A stretch of DNA of 43,316 nt from Allosphingosinicella sp. (GTDB lineage: Bacteria > Pseudomonadota > Alphaproteobacteria > Sphingomonadales > Sphingomonadaceae): NCBI GenBank assembly GCA_036388655.1, contig DASVRK010000102.1:1-43316 (forward strand), in the 5' to 3' direction. The notes beneath the pieces are model-generated. The model did not search any database. It had not been told where the DNA came from and saw only the letters and a list, made by a program, of their open reading frames with translations. Shown here one piece after another: positions 8,407 through 18,786 of the stretch; the first letter of the stretch is position 1; every line of letters starts with the position of its first letter. Made by a program: the position numbers and the translations under genes.

Positions 8407-9156
8407 ATGAAACTTCTCGTGCCCGTGAAGCGCGTGATCGACTACAACGTCAAGCCGCGGGTCAAGGCCGACGGCACCGGCGTCGATCTCGCCAACGTCA
8501 AGATGAGCATGAACCCGTTCGATGAGATCGCGGTCGAGGAAGCGATCCGCCTTAAGGAGAAGGGCGTCGCGACCGAGATCGTGGCGGTCTCGATCGGCCC
8601 GGCCCAGGCGCAGGAGACGCTGCGCACCGCGCTCGCCATGGGCGCCGACCGCGCCATCCTCGTCACCACCGACCAGGACGTCGAGCCGCTCGCCGTCGCC
8701 AAGATCCTCGCGAAAATCGCGGCCGAGGAGCAGCCGGGTATGGTGATCCTCGGCAAGCAGGCGATCGACGACGATAGCAATCAGACCGGCCAGATGCTCG
8801 CGGCCCTGCTCGGCTGGCCGCAAGGCACGTTCGCCTCGAAGGTCGAGGTTGAGGGCGAGAGCGTCAACGTCACCCGCGAGGTCGACGGCGGGCTTGAGAC
8901 GGTGCGCTTGAAGCTTCCGGCGGTGGTCACCACCGACCTGCGGCTCAACGAGCCCCGCTACGCCTCGCTGCCCAACATCATGAAGGCCAAGTCGAAGCCG
9001 CTCGCCCACAAGACGGCGGCCGATTACGGCGTCGATATCGCGCCGCGGCTGACCACGCTCGGCGTCGTCGAGCCGGCCAAGCGGTCGGCCGGAGTCAAGG
9101 TCGGCTCGGTCGACGAGCTGATCGACAAATTGCGCGAAACGGGAGTCGTGGGATGA
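8407..9156 (+). CDS. etfB: electron transfer flavoprotein beta subunit
   Basis: [29 protein letters not shown] and [16 protein letters not shown] motifs. Confidence 0.97.
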   Translation: MKLLVPVKRVIDYNVKPRVKADGTGVDLANVKMSMNPFDEIAVEEAIRLKEKGVATEIVAVSIGPAQAQETLRTALAMGADRAILVTTDQDVEPLAVAKILAKIAAEEQPGMVILGKQAIDDDSNQTGQMLAALLGWPQGTFASKVEVEGESVNVTREVDGGLETVRLKLPAVVTTDLRLNEPRYASLPNIMKAKSKPLAHKTAADYGVDIAPRLTTLGVVEPAKRSAGVKVGSVDELIDKLRETGVVG

Positions 9157-10082
9157 AAACGCTCGTCTGGGCCGAACATGAAGGCGGCCAGTTGAAGGAC
9201 GCGACGCTCGCCGTCGTCACCGCCGCCGCGAAGCTCGGCGAGGTCCATCTGATCGTCGCCGGCCACGGTGTCGGCGCGGTCGCCGAGGCGGCCGCCCGGA
9301 TCGCCGGCGTCGGCAAGGTCCATGTCGCCGACGATGCCGCCTTCGCGCACGGGCTCGCCGAGAATGTGGCGCCGCTCATCGTCGACCAGATGGGCCATCA
9401 CGACGCCTTCCTCGCCCCCGCCACCACCACCGGCAAGAACATCGCCCCGCGCGTCGCTGCCTTGCTCGACGTCATGCAGATTTCGGACATATTGTCGGTC
9501 GAGGGGCCGGACACCTTCACCCGCCCGATCTATGCCGGCAATGCGATCGCGACCGTCCGGTCCTCCGACGCCAAGAAGGTCATCACCGTCCGCGGCACCG
9601 CGTTCGAGAAAGCGGCCACGACCGGCGGCTCGGCCGAGATCGTTCCGATCGGCAGCGCGGGCGACGCCGGCCTGTCGAGCTTCGTCGGCCAGGAAGTGGC
9701 GCATAGCGAGCGGCCCGAGCTCACCAGCGCCAACATCATCGTTTCCGGCGGCCGCGCGCTCGGCTCTTCGGAGCAGTTCCACGCGCTGATCGATCCGCTC
9801 GCCGACAAGCTCGGCGCCGCCGTCGGCGCCAGCCGCGCCGCCGGCGACGCCGGTTATGCGCCCAACGATTATCAGGTCGGCCAGACCGGCAAGATCGTCG
9901 CCCCCGAAGTCTATATCGCGGTCGGCATTTCGGGTGCCATCCAGCACCTCGCTGGCATGAAGGATTCCAAGACCATCGTCGCCATCAACAAGGATGAGGA
10001 CGCGCCGATTTTCCAGGTGGCGGACTTGGGCCTGGTCGGCGACCTGTTCAAGCTGGTCCCGGAACTGACCGAGAAGCTTTGA
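9153..10082 (+). CDS. etfA: electron transfer flavoprotein alpha subunit
   Basis: [20 protein letters not shown] and [15 protein letters not shown]...AINKD motifs; ATGA overlap with etfB. Confidence 0.97.
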   Translation: MKTLVWAEHEGGQLKDATLAVVTAAAKLGEVHLIVAGHGVGAVAEAAARIAGVGKVHVADDAAFAHGLAENVAPLIVDQMGHHDAFLAPATTTGKNIAPRVAALLDVMQISDILSVEGPDTFTRPIYAGNAIATVRSSDAKKVITVRGTAFEKAATTGGSAEIVPIGSAGDAGLSSFVGQEVAHSERPELTSANIIVSGGRALGSSEQFHALIDPLADKLGAAVGASRAAGDAGYAPNDYQVGQTGKIVAPEVYIAVGISGAIQHLAGMKDSKTIVAINKDEDAPIFQVADLGLVGDLFKLVPELTEKL

Positions 10083-10106
10083 TCCTTCTCCCTTAGGGGA
10101 GGGGTC
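10081..10106. terminator. hairpin between convergent etfA and M20 genes
   Basis: GATCCTTCTCC-CTTA-GGGGAGGGGTC stem with several G-U pairs and no U-tract. Confidence 0.4.
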
Positions 10107-11622
10107 ATTCCATCCGCATCACCGCGGCGATGGTTTCGATCGCGCCCCACAAATTGGCGAGACGCAGATTCTCGTCCTCGGCATGCTGGTTGTTGTCGTG
10201 GTTGGCCAGCGACAGGGTGACGCTCGGCGCGCCCAGCGTCTCGCGTAGCAGGTAAAGCGGCAGGCTGCCTCCAAGCGACGGAAGCACCACCGAGGGGCCG
10301 GTTTCCGCCACCGCCGCCGCGACGCTGCGGGCAAGTGGATGGTCGAGCGGGGTGCGCTCCGCATTGTAGCCGGTCTGTGCGATCACCGTCGCGACCCGGG
10401 GGAATCGCCGCCGCTCCGCCAGCGTCGGCTCCCGGTCGAAGAGGGTATAGCCCTGCCGCCTGATATGCTCCTTCAGCCGCTCGACCTGACGCCGGTGGTC
10501 GTTGCCCTTGACGAGGCGCAGGTCGAGGGTGGCGCTGGCGACGGTCGGGATCACGTTGCGCGCCGCTTCGCCGACATCGGCCGAGCGGATGCCGTTGATG
10601 TTGAGCGAAGGCTCGTGGGTAAGCTCGAGCAGGCGCCGCCCGCCGCCCTCGGTCCAGCCCAGCCCGAGCTCGTCGCGAAGCTGCGCGTCGGCCGAGGGCA
10701 CGGCGGCTATCGCCGCTCGCTCGGCGGCGGTCAGTGGCGTGACGTCGTCATAGAAGCCGGCGATCGTCACCCGCCCGGTTTCGTCCTTCATCGAGGCGAG
10801 CAGCCGGCTCAGCATCATCGCCGGATTGGGCGCCCAGTTGCCATAATGGCCGCTGTGCAGCGGACGCGCCGGGCCGTAGACGGTCACGTCGACATTGACA
10901 TCGCCGCGCACGCCCAGCACCACCTGCCGCGCGCCGGTCGGGTGGGTCGGGCCGTCGACGATCACCCAGCCGTCCGATTTCAACAGCGCCGCATGCTTCC
11001 GGAGAATCTTCTCGAGGTGCGGCGAACCGGCTTCCTCCTCGCCCTCGAGTAAGATCTTGAGGTTGAAGGCCGGCATCTTGCCTTCCGCCCTGAGCGCGTC
11101 GACGGCGGCAAGAATCGCCATCACCCCCAGCTTGTCGTCGGAGGAGGAGCGGCCGTAGACCCGCCATTCCGGATCGATCGCGGCGCCCGCGTCGGGCAGC
11201 GGGATCACTTTCCCGTCCCGGTCGAGCCGCGCCGTCCGCAACACCGGCGTGAACGGCTGGGTCGATTTCCAGTCGGCGGGCGTCACCGGCTGGCCGTCAT
11301 AATGGGCGTAGATCACCAAGGTCCGCTTCGCGCCCGGAACCCGCCATTCGCCATAGACGGCCGGCGGCACCGCCGGATCGCCCTCCTCCAGCAGCCGCGG
11401 CGACAGCCCGCGCTTGACCATCATCTGCACCAGCCGGTCGGCGTTGCGCCGGATGTTGGGCGTGTCGCTGGCGACGTTCGGGATAGCGAGCAGATCGACA
11501 TATTCCCTGAGGATCGGGACCCGGTTGCGCTCGACCCATTTCGCCACCTGCGCTTCGGCGGGCGCCGCCGCCGCCAGCAAAGCCGCCGCCGCGGCTGCTA
11601 TTCGCAATCCGATCATTGTCAT
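10105..11622 (-). CDS. secreted M20/M25/M40 metallo-hydrolase
   Basis: Signal peptide; [31 protein letters not shown] and NNQHAEDEN motifs. Start at 11622 or 11616. Confidence 0.9.
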   Translation of the reverse strand: MTMIGLRIAAAAAALLAAAAPAEAQVAKWVERNRVPILREYVDLLAIPNVASDTPNIRRNADRLVQMMVKRGLSPRLLEEGDPAVPPAVYGEWRVPGAKRTLVIYAHYDGQPVTPADWKSTQPFTPVLRTARLDRDGKVIPLPDAGAAIDPEWRVYGRSSSDDKLGVMAILAAVDALRAEGKMPAFNLKILLEGEEEAGSPHLEKILRKHAALLKSDGWVIVDGPTHPTGARQVVLGVRGDVNVDVTVYGPARPLHSGHYGNWAPNPAMMLSRLLASMKDETGRVTIAGFYDDVTPLTAAERAAIAAVPSADAQLRDELGLGWTEGGGRRLLELTHEPSLNINGIRSADVGEAARNVIPTVASATLDLRLVKGNDHRRQVERLKEHIRRQGYTLFDREPTLAERRRFPRVATVIAQTGYNAERTPLDHPLARSVAAAVAETGPSVVLPSLGGSLPLYLLRETLGAPSVTLSLANHDNNQHAEDENLRLANLWGAIETIAAVMRME

Positions 11623-11735
11623 TCCCTTCGGCACCAAGCCTAGCGCCGACCCCGCGGCGTGCATAGCGTTCGCCCAGGCTGGACACCGGCGGCCCGGCGG
11701 CGCAGAGGCGCGGTTCGATCGTCAGAGGTAAGGAC

Positions 11736-13370
11736 ATGAGACTGAAAGCTTTTCGCACGGGCCTGCTGCTTCCCTTGCTGTTCGCCACCCCCGCCGCCGC
11801 GGCCGATATCCAGGCCTCCCGCATCAAGGAGCATGTCCGGATCCTGTCGAGCGACGAGTTCGCCGGGCGCGGGCCGACGCAGGCGGGCGAGGCGAAGACG
11901 ATCGATTATCTCGCCAAACAGTTCGCCGCGATGGGGCTGCAGCCCGGCGGCGATAACGGCAGCTGGTTCCAGGACGTGCCGTTGGTTCGGGGCGAGCGGG
12001 TCGGGCCGGCGGTAATCTCGGTCGAAGTCGGCGGCGCTACGGTGCCGCTCGGGACCGGCGAGCAGGTCACCGCCTCCTCGGGCGTCGTCGGGCGGACCGC
12101 GCTCGCCGGCGCGCCGATGGTGTTCCTCGGCTACGGCATGGTCGCGCCGGAGCTCGGCTGGAACAGCTTCGAAGGCGCGGACCTCGAGGGCAAGGTCGCG
12201 GTGTTCCTCGCCGGCGACCCGGATTTCGAAGCGCCGCAGCCGGCCGGTTTCGGCGGCCGCACTCTGGTCTATGGCGGCCGCTTCGGCGCCAAGGCGGCGG
12301 CGGCGGCCAAGGCGGGCGCGGCGGCGGTGCTGGTGATCCACGAGACCGCGCCGGCCAGCTATCCGTGGAGCCAGGTCGCCGGCAATGAAGGCGCGCCGAC
12401 CTTCGGGCTGCGCCCGGCCCCGGGCGCGACCCCGTTCGGCCTCACCGGCTGGCTGCACCGCGACGCGGCCGTCGACCTGTTCCGCCGCGCCGGGCTCGAT
12501 TTCGAGGCGCTCAAGCTGCGCGCCCGCGACAAAAGCTTTCGGCCGCTGCCGATCGGCGATGCGCGGCTCTCGGCCGAACTCACCACCCGCTCCACCGAGG
12601 TCATCAGCCGCAACGTCGTCGCCCGGCTCCCCGGCAGCCGCTACCCCAACGAGACCGTGATCTACGGCGCCCATTGGGACGCCAACGGCATCGGCGCGCC
12701 GGACGCGGAGGGCGACACGATCCGCAACGGCGCGGTCGACAATGCCACCGGGACCGCGACCCTGCTTGAGGTTGCGCGCGCCTTCGCCCGCGGCAAGCGC
12801 CCCGACCGCTCGGTCCTGTTCATCGGCTACACCGCCGAGGAGAAGGGGCTGCTCGGCGCCGAATATTATGCCGCCCGGCCGCTCTATCCGCTCGAGACCA
12901 CGGTGGCGGTGCTCAACCTCGATCCCCACGTCGTCATCGGCAAGGCGCGGAGCCTCGACCTGATCGGCGGCGGCCGCACCGAGCTCGAGCAGGATCTGGT
13001 GCGGGTGGCGGGAAAGCATGGCCTGCGCGTCGACGAGGAGCGCTCGCCCGAAGCCGGCTGGTATTTCCGCTCCGACCATTTCGCCTTCGCCAAAAAGGGC
13101 GTGCCCGCGCTCGCCTATCGCGCCGGGCGCGACCTGGTGAAGGGCGGCATGGCTGCGGGCAATGCCGCGATCGAGGATTATAACGCCAATCGCTACCACG
13201 CGACCACCGACGAGTATGATCCCGCCTGGGACATGGCCGGCGCCGAGCAGGAGGGGCAGGTCGCCTACAAGCTTGGCCTCGAACTCGCCAACAGCCGCCG
13301 CTGGCCGGGCTGGAACGAGGGGGTGGAATATAAGCCGATCCGCGAAGCCAGCGCGGCCGCGCGGAAGTAG
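11736..13370 (+). CDS. secreted M28 family peptidase with PA-like insert
   Basis: LSSDEFAGRGP, GAHWD, NGAVDNATG, TAEEKGLLG, RSDHF and YH...DEY motifs. Confidence 0.92.
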   Translation: MRLKAFRTGLLLPLLFATPAAAADIQASRIKEHVRILSSDEFAGRGPTQAGEAKTIDYLAKQFAAMGLQPGGDNGSWFQDVPLVRGERVGPAVISVEVGGATVPLGTGEQVTASSGVVGRTALAGAPMVFLGYGMVAPELGWNSFEGADLEGKVAVFLAGDPDFEAPQPAGFGGRTLVYGGRFGAKAAAAAKAGAAAVLVIHETAPASYPWSQVAGNEGAPTFGLRPAPGATPFGLTGWLHRDAAVDLFRRAGLDFEALKLRARDKSFRPLPIGDARLSAELTTRSTEVISRNVVARLPGSRYPNETVIYGAHWDANGIGAPDAEGDTIRNGAVDNATGTATLLEVARAFARGKRPDRSVLFIGYTAEEKGLLGAEYYAARPLYPLETTVAVLNLDPHVVIGKARSLDLIGGGRTELEQDLVRVAGKHGLRVDEERSPEAGWYFRSDHFAFAKKGVPALAYRAGRDLVKGGMAAGNAAIEDYNANRYHATTDEYDPAWDMAGAEQEGQVAYKLGLELANSRRWPGWNEGVEYKPIREASAAARK

Positions 13371-13373
13371 GGA

Positions 13374-13507
13374 CCCGTCATCCCAGCGAAAGCTGGGATC
13401 TCACTTCTTCTCTTCGGCGCCCGTGGAAGGAAGGAAGGAAGGAAGGAAGGAAGGAAGGAAGGAAGGAAGGGAGGGAGGGAGATTCCAGCTTGCGCTGGAA
13501 TGACGGG
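13374..13507. repeat. CGTC-type REP pair (REPIN) enclosing (GGAA)11(GGGA)3
   Basis: CCCGTCATCCCAGCGAAAGCTGGGATCTC (13374-13402) and inverted GAGATTCCAGCTTGCGCTGGAATGACGGG (13479-13507); microsatellite at 13425-13480. Confidence 0.92.
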
Positions 13508-13531
13508 GGGCTTGCGCTGGAATGGCGGCCC

Positions 13532-14536
13532 TCAGAATCCCGAGAGGAAGCTCGCGACATTGTCCCCCAGCGCGTCGACCGCATAGCCGCCCTCCATCAC
13601 GACCAGCGTCGGCAGGCCGAGCCCGGCGATGCGGCGCGCGATAGCCGCATAATCGGCCGTCTGGAGATCGAAGAAGCTGATCGGGTCGCCGGCAAAAGTG
13701 TCGGCTCCGTAGGAGCAGATCAGGAGGCCGGGCGCATAGCCCGCGATCCGCTCCAGCGCCGTATCCAGCGCGCGGTCGAAGCCCGCCAGCGCCGTGCCGC
13801 GCGGCAGCGGCAGGTTGAGCGTCGCGCCCTCGCCGTCGCCGAGCCCGGCCTCGTCGGCATGGCCCCAGAAGAAGGGATAATCGAACTTCGGATCGGCATG
13901 GATCGAGACGAACAGCACGTCGCCGCGCTCGTAGAAGATGTCCTGGGTGCCGTTGCCGTGATGATAGTCGACGTCGAGGATGGCCACCCGTTTGCGGCCG
14001 GCCGCGAGCCCGGCTTCGGCGGCGATGGCGGCGTTGTTGAGATAGCAATAGCCGCCCATATAATCGGCGCCGGCATGGTGGCCGGGCGGCCGGCACAAGG
14101 CGAAGGCCGCGCGCTCGCCGCCGAGCACCGCGTCAAGCGCCGACAAGGCGGTCTGCGCATTCCAGTAAGCCGATTCCCATGTCCCCGCGGCGATCGGGGT
14201 GGAGGCGTCGTAGCTATATTGCCCGAGCAGCGCGTCGATCCGCGCCAGCGCCAGCGGCCGCCGACCGACCACCGGCCAGACATAGCCGTGCGCGTCGCCC
14301 GGCCGCCCCGCCTGCAGCCATTCGCCATGAGCCCGCTTCAGGAAGTCGACATAATCCTGCGGGTGGACGCGGAGGATCGGGGCCTCGCCATGATCGGCCG
14401 GCGCTTCGGTCGCTCCGACGGCGGCGAGCATCGCCTCCACCCGGCCCGGATGCTCGGCATAAGCGGTATAGCCGCCATTGTGCAGCTCTTGGCTGGGGGC
14501 GTGCGCCAGCTGGCGCGGATCGAAAAACGTGCGCAC
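13532..14536 (-). CDS. histone-deacetylase-family acetylpolyamine amidohydrolase-like protein
   Basis: CRPPGHHA, GGYCYLNNAAIAA, LDVDYHHGNGTQ, GADT...DP and EGGY motifs. Confidence 0.92.
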   Translation of the reverse strand: MRTFFDPRQLAHAPSQELHNGGYTAYAEHPGRVEAMLAAVGATEAPADHGEAPILRVHPQDYVDFLKRAHGEWLQAGRPGDAHGYVWPVVGRRPLALARIDALLGQYSYDASTPIAAGTWESAYWNAQTALSALDAVLGGERAAFALCRPPGHHAGADYMGGYCYLNNAAIAAEAGLAAGRKRVAILDVDYHHGNGTQDIFYERGDVLFVSIHADPKFDYPFFWGHADEAGLGDGEGATLNLPLPRGTALAGFDRALDTALERIAGYAPGLLICSYGADTFAGDPISFFDLQTADYAAIARRIAGLGLPTLVVMEGGYAVDALGDNVASFLSGF

Positions 14537-14543
14537 CGGCGGC

Positions 14544-15836
14544 CTACTGCCCGCGCAGATCCGACGGCAGGGTAGGCTCGGAGATCACCCGCTCCATCGC
14601 CGCCCAGCGCGCCTTCGGCGTCGGCCCGGCCGCCTCGACATGCGCGCGGACCATGTCCTGGCCGAGCCCGTAATTGATCACATAGCTCCGATATTGGTCG
14701 ACGAAGTCCATCGACTGCTCGGCGCGCTTTTTCGAGACGAGCTGGTATTTCTGGGTGAGCTCGACCGCCTCGGCGCGGTCGATCCTTCCCTCCAGATAAT
14801 CGGCGGCGATGGTGAAGCGGGCGCCGGCGAGGTCCTTCACCGCTTCGAGCAGCCCCAGATAACGCCCGGCATCGCGGGTCGGCAGGCCCGCCAGCGGGTA
14901 GAGCGCCTGCGTCTCGTAGAGCAGCCTCTCCGCGCCCGGAAAGGCGAGGTCGATGCCGTAATTGGCCGAACCTTCGGCGATCAGCGACTGCGGCGAATAA
15001 AGCGGGTACACGCTATATTCGACCCAGCCGCGCTCCCGCATCAGCCTCCGCTCGAGCAGCATGTTGAGCGCGTGATGCCCGGGATAGCCTTCGTGGCAGC
15101 CGAGATCGACCGCGCGGCTGATCCGGATCGGCAGGTCGGTATTGATCTGGATGAGGCTGCTGAGCTTGCCCTTGTACCAATTATAGCCCGACCAGCTTTT
15201 GCCGGTGACGAACTCCATCGTGAACGTCTCGCCCTCGGGGAGCGCGATATTGGCGGCGGTGCGGCGCTTGCATTCGGCGATGGCGGTGTCGAACACCGGC
15301 TTCAGCCGCTCCTTGGGGATGGTGAAGTGCTCCTGGAAGGCGTCCACCCGCTGCCACAGCGGGCCGCTACCCGGCGCCAGCCGCTCGATCCGCGCCAACA
15401 CCGGATCGTAGCTCGCCAGCGGCTTCAGCTCGGGGCGGACGCCGAACAGCCCCTCGGCTTCGTCCTGGAAGCTCAGTTTCTCGCCACGCAGCATCCTCAG
15501 CCGGGTGTGGGCGGCCTTGAGCTGCGCGAGCAGGAAAGCGCGGCGGCGCTGCTCCAGCGGGCCGAGCCCGGCGGCCGGCACCGCGTTGACCCGGCTGGTG
15601 AGCGTGACGGCCTCGGTCGCCAGGTCCTGGAGCGAGCGCGGCGCCGCCTTGGCGGCATCCTGCCATTCGGCTGGGCCGTAATAAGCGTCGACATAGCCGG
15701 GCTCGCGCTCGCCTATCTCCAGCGTCATCTGGACATAATCGGCGGCGATCTCGTCGAGGCTGTCGTCCGCGGTGCGGTCGGAGACGCAGCCTGCCAGGAG
15801 CAGCAGCCAAGCCGCCGCGAGGGAGAGCAATTTCAT
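14544..15836 (-). CDS. lipoprotein, DUF885-like putative zinc metallopeptidase
   Basis: Lipobox LAGC; HEGYPGHH followed by AEG.A.Y. Confidence 0.8.
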   Translation of the reverse strand: MKLLSLAAAWLLLLAGCVSDRTADDSLDEIAADYVQMTLEIGEREPGYVDAYYGPAEWQDAAKAAPRSLQDLATEAVTLTSRVNAVPAAGLGPLEQRRRAFLLAQLKAAHTRLRMLRGEKLSFQDEAEGLFGVRPELKPLASYDPVLARIERLAPGSGPLWQRVDAFQEHFTIPKERLKPVFDTAIAECKRRTAANIALPEGETFTMEFVTGKSWSGYNWYKGKLSSLIQINTDLPIRISRAVDLGCHEGYPGHHALNMLLERRLMRERGWVEYSVYPLYSPQSLIAEGSANYGIDLAFPGAERLLYETQALYPLAGLPTRDAGRYLGLLEAVKDLAGARFTIAADYLEGRIDRAEAVELTQKYQLVSKKRAEQSMDFVDQYRSYVINYGLGQDMVRAHVEAAGPTPKARWAAMERVISEPTLPSDLRGQ

Positions 15837-17116
15837 GCCCGCTTTTCTTCAAGCGAAACCACGTCGCCGTCAACGTCGATCTCGCCGCCTTGCTGGCTCT
15901 CCGCTTCCTCGAAGCGGCAATGCTGCGGCGCCAGCCGCAGGACCGCATAGCCGACCAGTGCCGACAGCAGCGAGCCGAGCAGGATGCCCAGCTTCGCTTC
16001 CTCGACCAGCTCTTCTCGCCCCGGAAAAGCGAGCGCGCCGATGAACAGGCTCATCGTGAAGCCGATGCCGCAGAGCAGGGACACGCCGTAAATCTGAAGC
16101 CAGGTGGCGCCGCGCAGCCGCGTGGCGAAACCGAGCCGCACCGCCAGCCAGACGGAGCCGAAAATTCCTACCTGCTTGCCGACGAACAGGCCGGCGGCGA
16201 TGCCGAGCGGCAGCGGCGCGAACAGTTGGTCGAGGCCGACATCGTCCAGCGGCACGCCGGCATTGGCGAAGCCGAACAGCGGCACGATCAGGAACGCGAC
16301 CACGGGCGTGATCGCATGTTCGAGCCGGTGGAGCGGCGATTCCGGGGCGTCCGGAGCGCCCGGAGTCTTGATCACCGGGATCATCACCGCCGCCAGCACG
16401 CCCGCAATGGTGGCATGGACCCCGGACAGCAAAACCGCATACCAGAGCCCCAGCGCCAGCAGCATGTAGAGCCAAAGCGCGGTGACGCCGCTTTTGTTGA
16501 GGAAGTACATGACGAGCAGGATCGCGGCCGCGATGCCGAGCGGCAGCGTGGCGATCGAGGCGGTGTAGGCGAGCGCGATGATCGCCACCGCGCCCATGTC
16601 GTCGACGATCGCGACGGTGGTGAGGAACAGCTTCAGCGAGGTCGGCGCGCGCTTGCCGAGCAGGGCCAGGACTCCGATCGCGAAGGCGATGTCGGTGGCG
16701 GCCGGGATCGCCCAGCCGCTGGTGAGCGCCGGGTCCGGCGCGACGATCAACAGGTAGAAGCCGGCGGGAACCACCATCCCCGCGGCCGCGGCGAGGAACG
16801 GCAGCCGCCGCTGGCTCCAGGTCGACAGCCGCCCGTCGACGAACTCGCGCTTGATCTCCAGCCCGACGAGCAGGAAGAAGATCGCCATCAGGCCGTCGTT
16901 GATCCACAGGTGGATCGTCATCGGCCCGAGCTTGGGCGTGAGCGCCGGGCTGACCGGATCGTGCAGCGCATGATGGTAGAGGTCCGCCAGCGGCCCGTTG
17001 GCGACGATCAGGGCCGCCGCCGCCGCTCCCATCAGCAGGATTCCGCCCGCCGCCTCGCTCTTGAGAAATTGGCGTAACGCTGATCGCCCGCCGGTCGGCT
17101 TTCTCGCCTCGGCCAT
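15833..17116 (-). CDS. nhaA: Na+/H+ antiporter NhaA
   Basis: WINDGLMAIFFLLVGLEIKRE, GWAIPAATDIAF, AIVDD, SGVHATIAG, PLFGFANAG and CGIGFTMSLFI motifs. Confidence 0.96.
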   Translation of the reverse strand: MAEARKPTGGRSALRQFLKSEAAGGILLMGAAAAALIVANGPLADLYHHALHDPVSPALTPKLGPMTIHLWINDGLMAIFFLLVGLEIKREFVDGRLSTWSQRRLPFLAAAAGMVVPAGFYLLIVAPDPALTSGWAIPAATDIAFAIGVLALLGKRAPTSLKLFLTTVAIVDDMGAVAIIALAYTASIATLPLGIAAAILLVMYFLNKSGVTALWLYMLLALGLWYAVLLSGVHATIAGVLAAVMIPVIKTPGAPDAPESPLHRLEHAITPVVAFLIVPLFGFANAGVPLDDVGLDQLFAPLPLGIAAGLFVGKQVGIFGSVWLAVRLGFATRLRGATWLQIYGVSLLCGIGFTMSLFIGALAFPGREELVEEAKLGILLGSLLSALVGYAVLRLAPQHCRFEEAESQQGGEIDVDGDVVSLEEKRA

Positions 17117-17212
17117 TCCGTCTCCTTCCGGGTTGGCAGTCCCCTAACCGCTGGATGGCGGGGAGGGAATGGCTTAAGCCCGCCATCTATTGGGGGCTGC
17201 AGCCGCACGCCG

Positions 17213-18703
17213 ATGAACGAATTGAAGCCAGCGACGATCACGGCCTCCCGCCACCCCTTCCTGCAATGGTGGTCGGACCATGTCATGGCCTCGGTCGACC
17301 ACCGCGAGGTGGTCGAGAAGGTCCAGGAGGATGCCGGCTGGTCCTCGCACTATGTGTTCATGACGTTGATGTCGGCCGGCATCGCCGTGCTCGGCCTGCT
17401 GCTCTCCTCGCCCGCCGTGGTGATCGGGGCGATGCTGATCTCGCCGCTGATGGGCCCGATCATCGGCCTGGGTTTCGCCCTCGCCACCTTCGATTCGGCG
17501 GAGATGAAGCGCTCCGCCGCGGCGCTCGCGCTCGGCGTGGCGCTGGCGGTGTTCTTCTGCGCCTTCGTGGTGCTGTTCTCGCCGCTCCAGACGGTTACCG
17601 ACGAGATCGCGTCCCGCACGCGCCCCAATCTGTTCGACCTCCTCGTCGCGCTCTTCTCCGGGCTGGCGGGCACCTATGCGATGATTCGCGGCCGCCACGG
17701 CACCATCGTCGGCGTCGCCATCGCCACCGCCTTGATGCCGCCGCTGGCGGTGGTCGGGTTCGGCCTCGCCACGGCCAATTGGCCGGTCTTCTGGGGCGCC
17801 TCCTTGCTCTTCTTCACCAACCTCATGACCATCGCCGTGTCGGCGGCGATACTGGCGCGGATCTTCGGCTTCGCCGCCAATCTTTCGCCCCGGCAGACCG
17901 GGCTGCAGGCGACTTTGGTCGTCGCCATCTTCGTCGCGCTCGGCGTTCCGCTCGGCCTCTCCCTGAAGCAGATCGCCTGGGAGACGCTCGCCTCGCGCCA
18001 GGCCCGCGAAGTGGTGGCCGGCCATTTCGGCGAGGAGGGCCGGCTCAGCGAGATCAGCGTCGATTACGACGCCCGGCCGATCGCGGTCGAAGCGACCGTC
18101 CTCACGCCGCGCCATCGCCCCGGCGCCGAGCGCGAGACCGCGGCATCGCTGGAGAAGATGCTCAAGGTCCCGGTCAAGGTCACCATCGACCAGTTCCGGG
18201 TTGGGTCCGAAGGCGAAGCCGAGGCCGCCGCGCTCGCCGCCGCCCGCGGCAGCGCCGCCGAGCGCGCGCGGTCGCGCCTCGCCGAGCGGCTGGCGCTGGT
18301 GGCGGGCGTCTCCCCCGACGAGGTGCTGGTCGACCGCGCCAACAGCCGCGCGCAGGTCCGCGCCGCCGCCTTGCCGGGCGCGGACCTCGCCAGCTATCGA
18401 GCGCTGGAGGCGCGCGTGGCGGCGTCCGAAAGGGGCTGGACCATCGCGCTGGTCCCGCCGGCCGCGCCGCTGCCCGCGATTGCCTTCGAGGATGGACAGC
18501 CGGACGGCGCCGCGCTCGCGACCGCCATTTGGGCCGCGCGGCGGCTCAACCTGCCGGTCGGGGTGAGCGGCGGCAGCGACACGCAGGCCGAAGCAGTGAT
18601 CACGGCTCTCCGGGAAGCCGGCGTGGACGCGCGCCGCAGCGAGGGCGGCGGCGGGGGGGTGGAGTTGCGCTGGCTCGCGCCGCGTGTCGCGGCCGAGGAA
18701 TAA
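17213..18703 (+). CDS. DUF389/TIGR00341 family membrane protein
   Basis: SPAVVIGAMLISPLMGPI, EIASRTRPNLFDL and GVAIATALMPPLAVVG motifs, plus a soluble C-terminal part. Confidence 0.9.
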   Translation: MNELKPATITASRHPFLQWWSDHVMASVDHREVVEKVQEDAGWSSHYVFMTLMSAGIAVLGLLLSSPAVVIGAMLISPLMGPIIGLGFALATFDSAEMKRSAAALALGVALAVFFCAFVVLFSPLQTVTDEIASRTRPNLFDLLVALFSGLAGTYAMIRGRHGTIVGVAIATALMPPLAVVGFGLATANWPVFWGASLLFFTNLMTIAVSAAILARIFGFAANLSPRQTGLQATLVVAIFVALGVPLGLSLKQIAWETLASRQAREVVAGHFGEEGRLSEISVDYDARPIAVEATVLTPRHRPGAERETAASLEKMLKVPVKVTIDQFRVGSEGEAEAAALAAARGSAAERARSRLAERLALVAGVSPDEVLVDRANSRAQVRAAALPGADLASYRALEARVAASERGWTIALVPPAAPLPAIAFEDGQPDGAALATAIWAARRLNLPVGVSGGSDTQAEAVITALREAGVDARRSEGGGGGVELRWLAPRVAAEE

Positions 18704-18786
18704 AAGGCCAAGCACACCGTATTTGCCGCAGATTGCGCGCGATTTCTCCAAAACGGATTATGACGTCTCCGAATCGGAGAGATTCT

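Noticed and set aside
13378..13584. ORFs with PSFL/RKEG repeats (13378-13584, 13401-14096, 13162-13503)
   Set aside because: These are translations of the GGAA microsatellite and REP arms, not genes.
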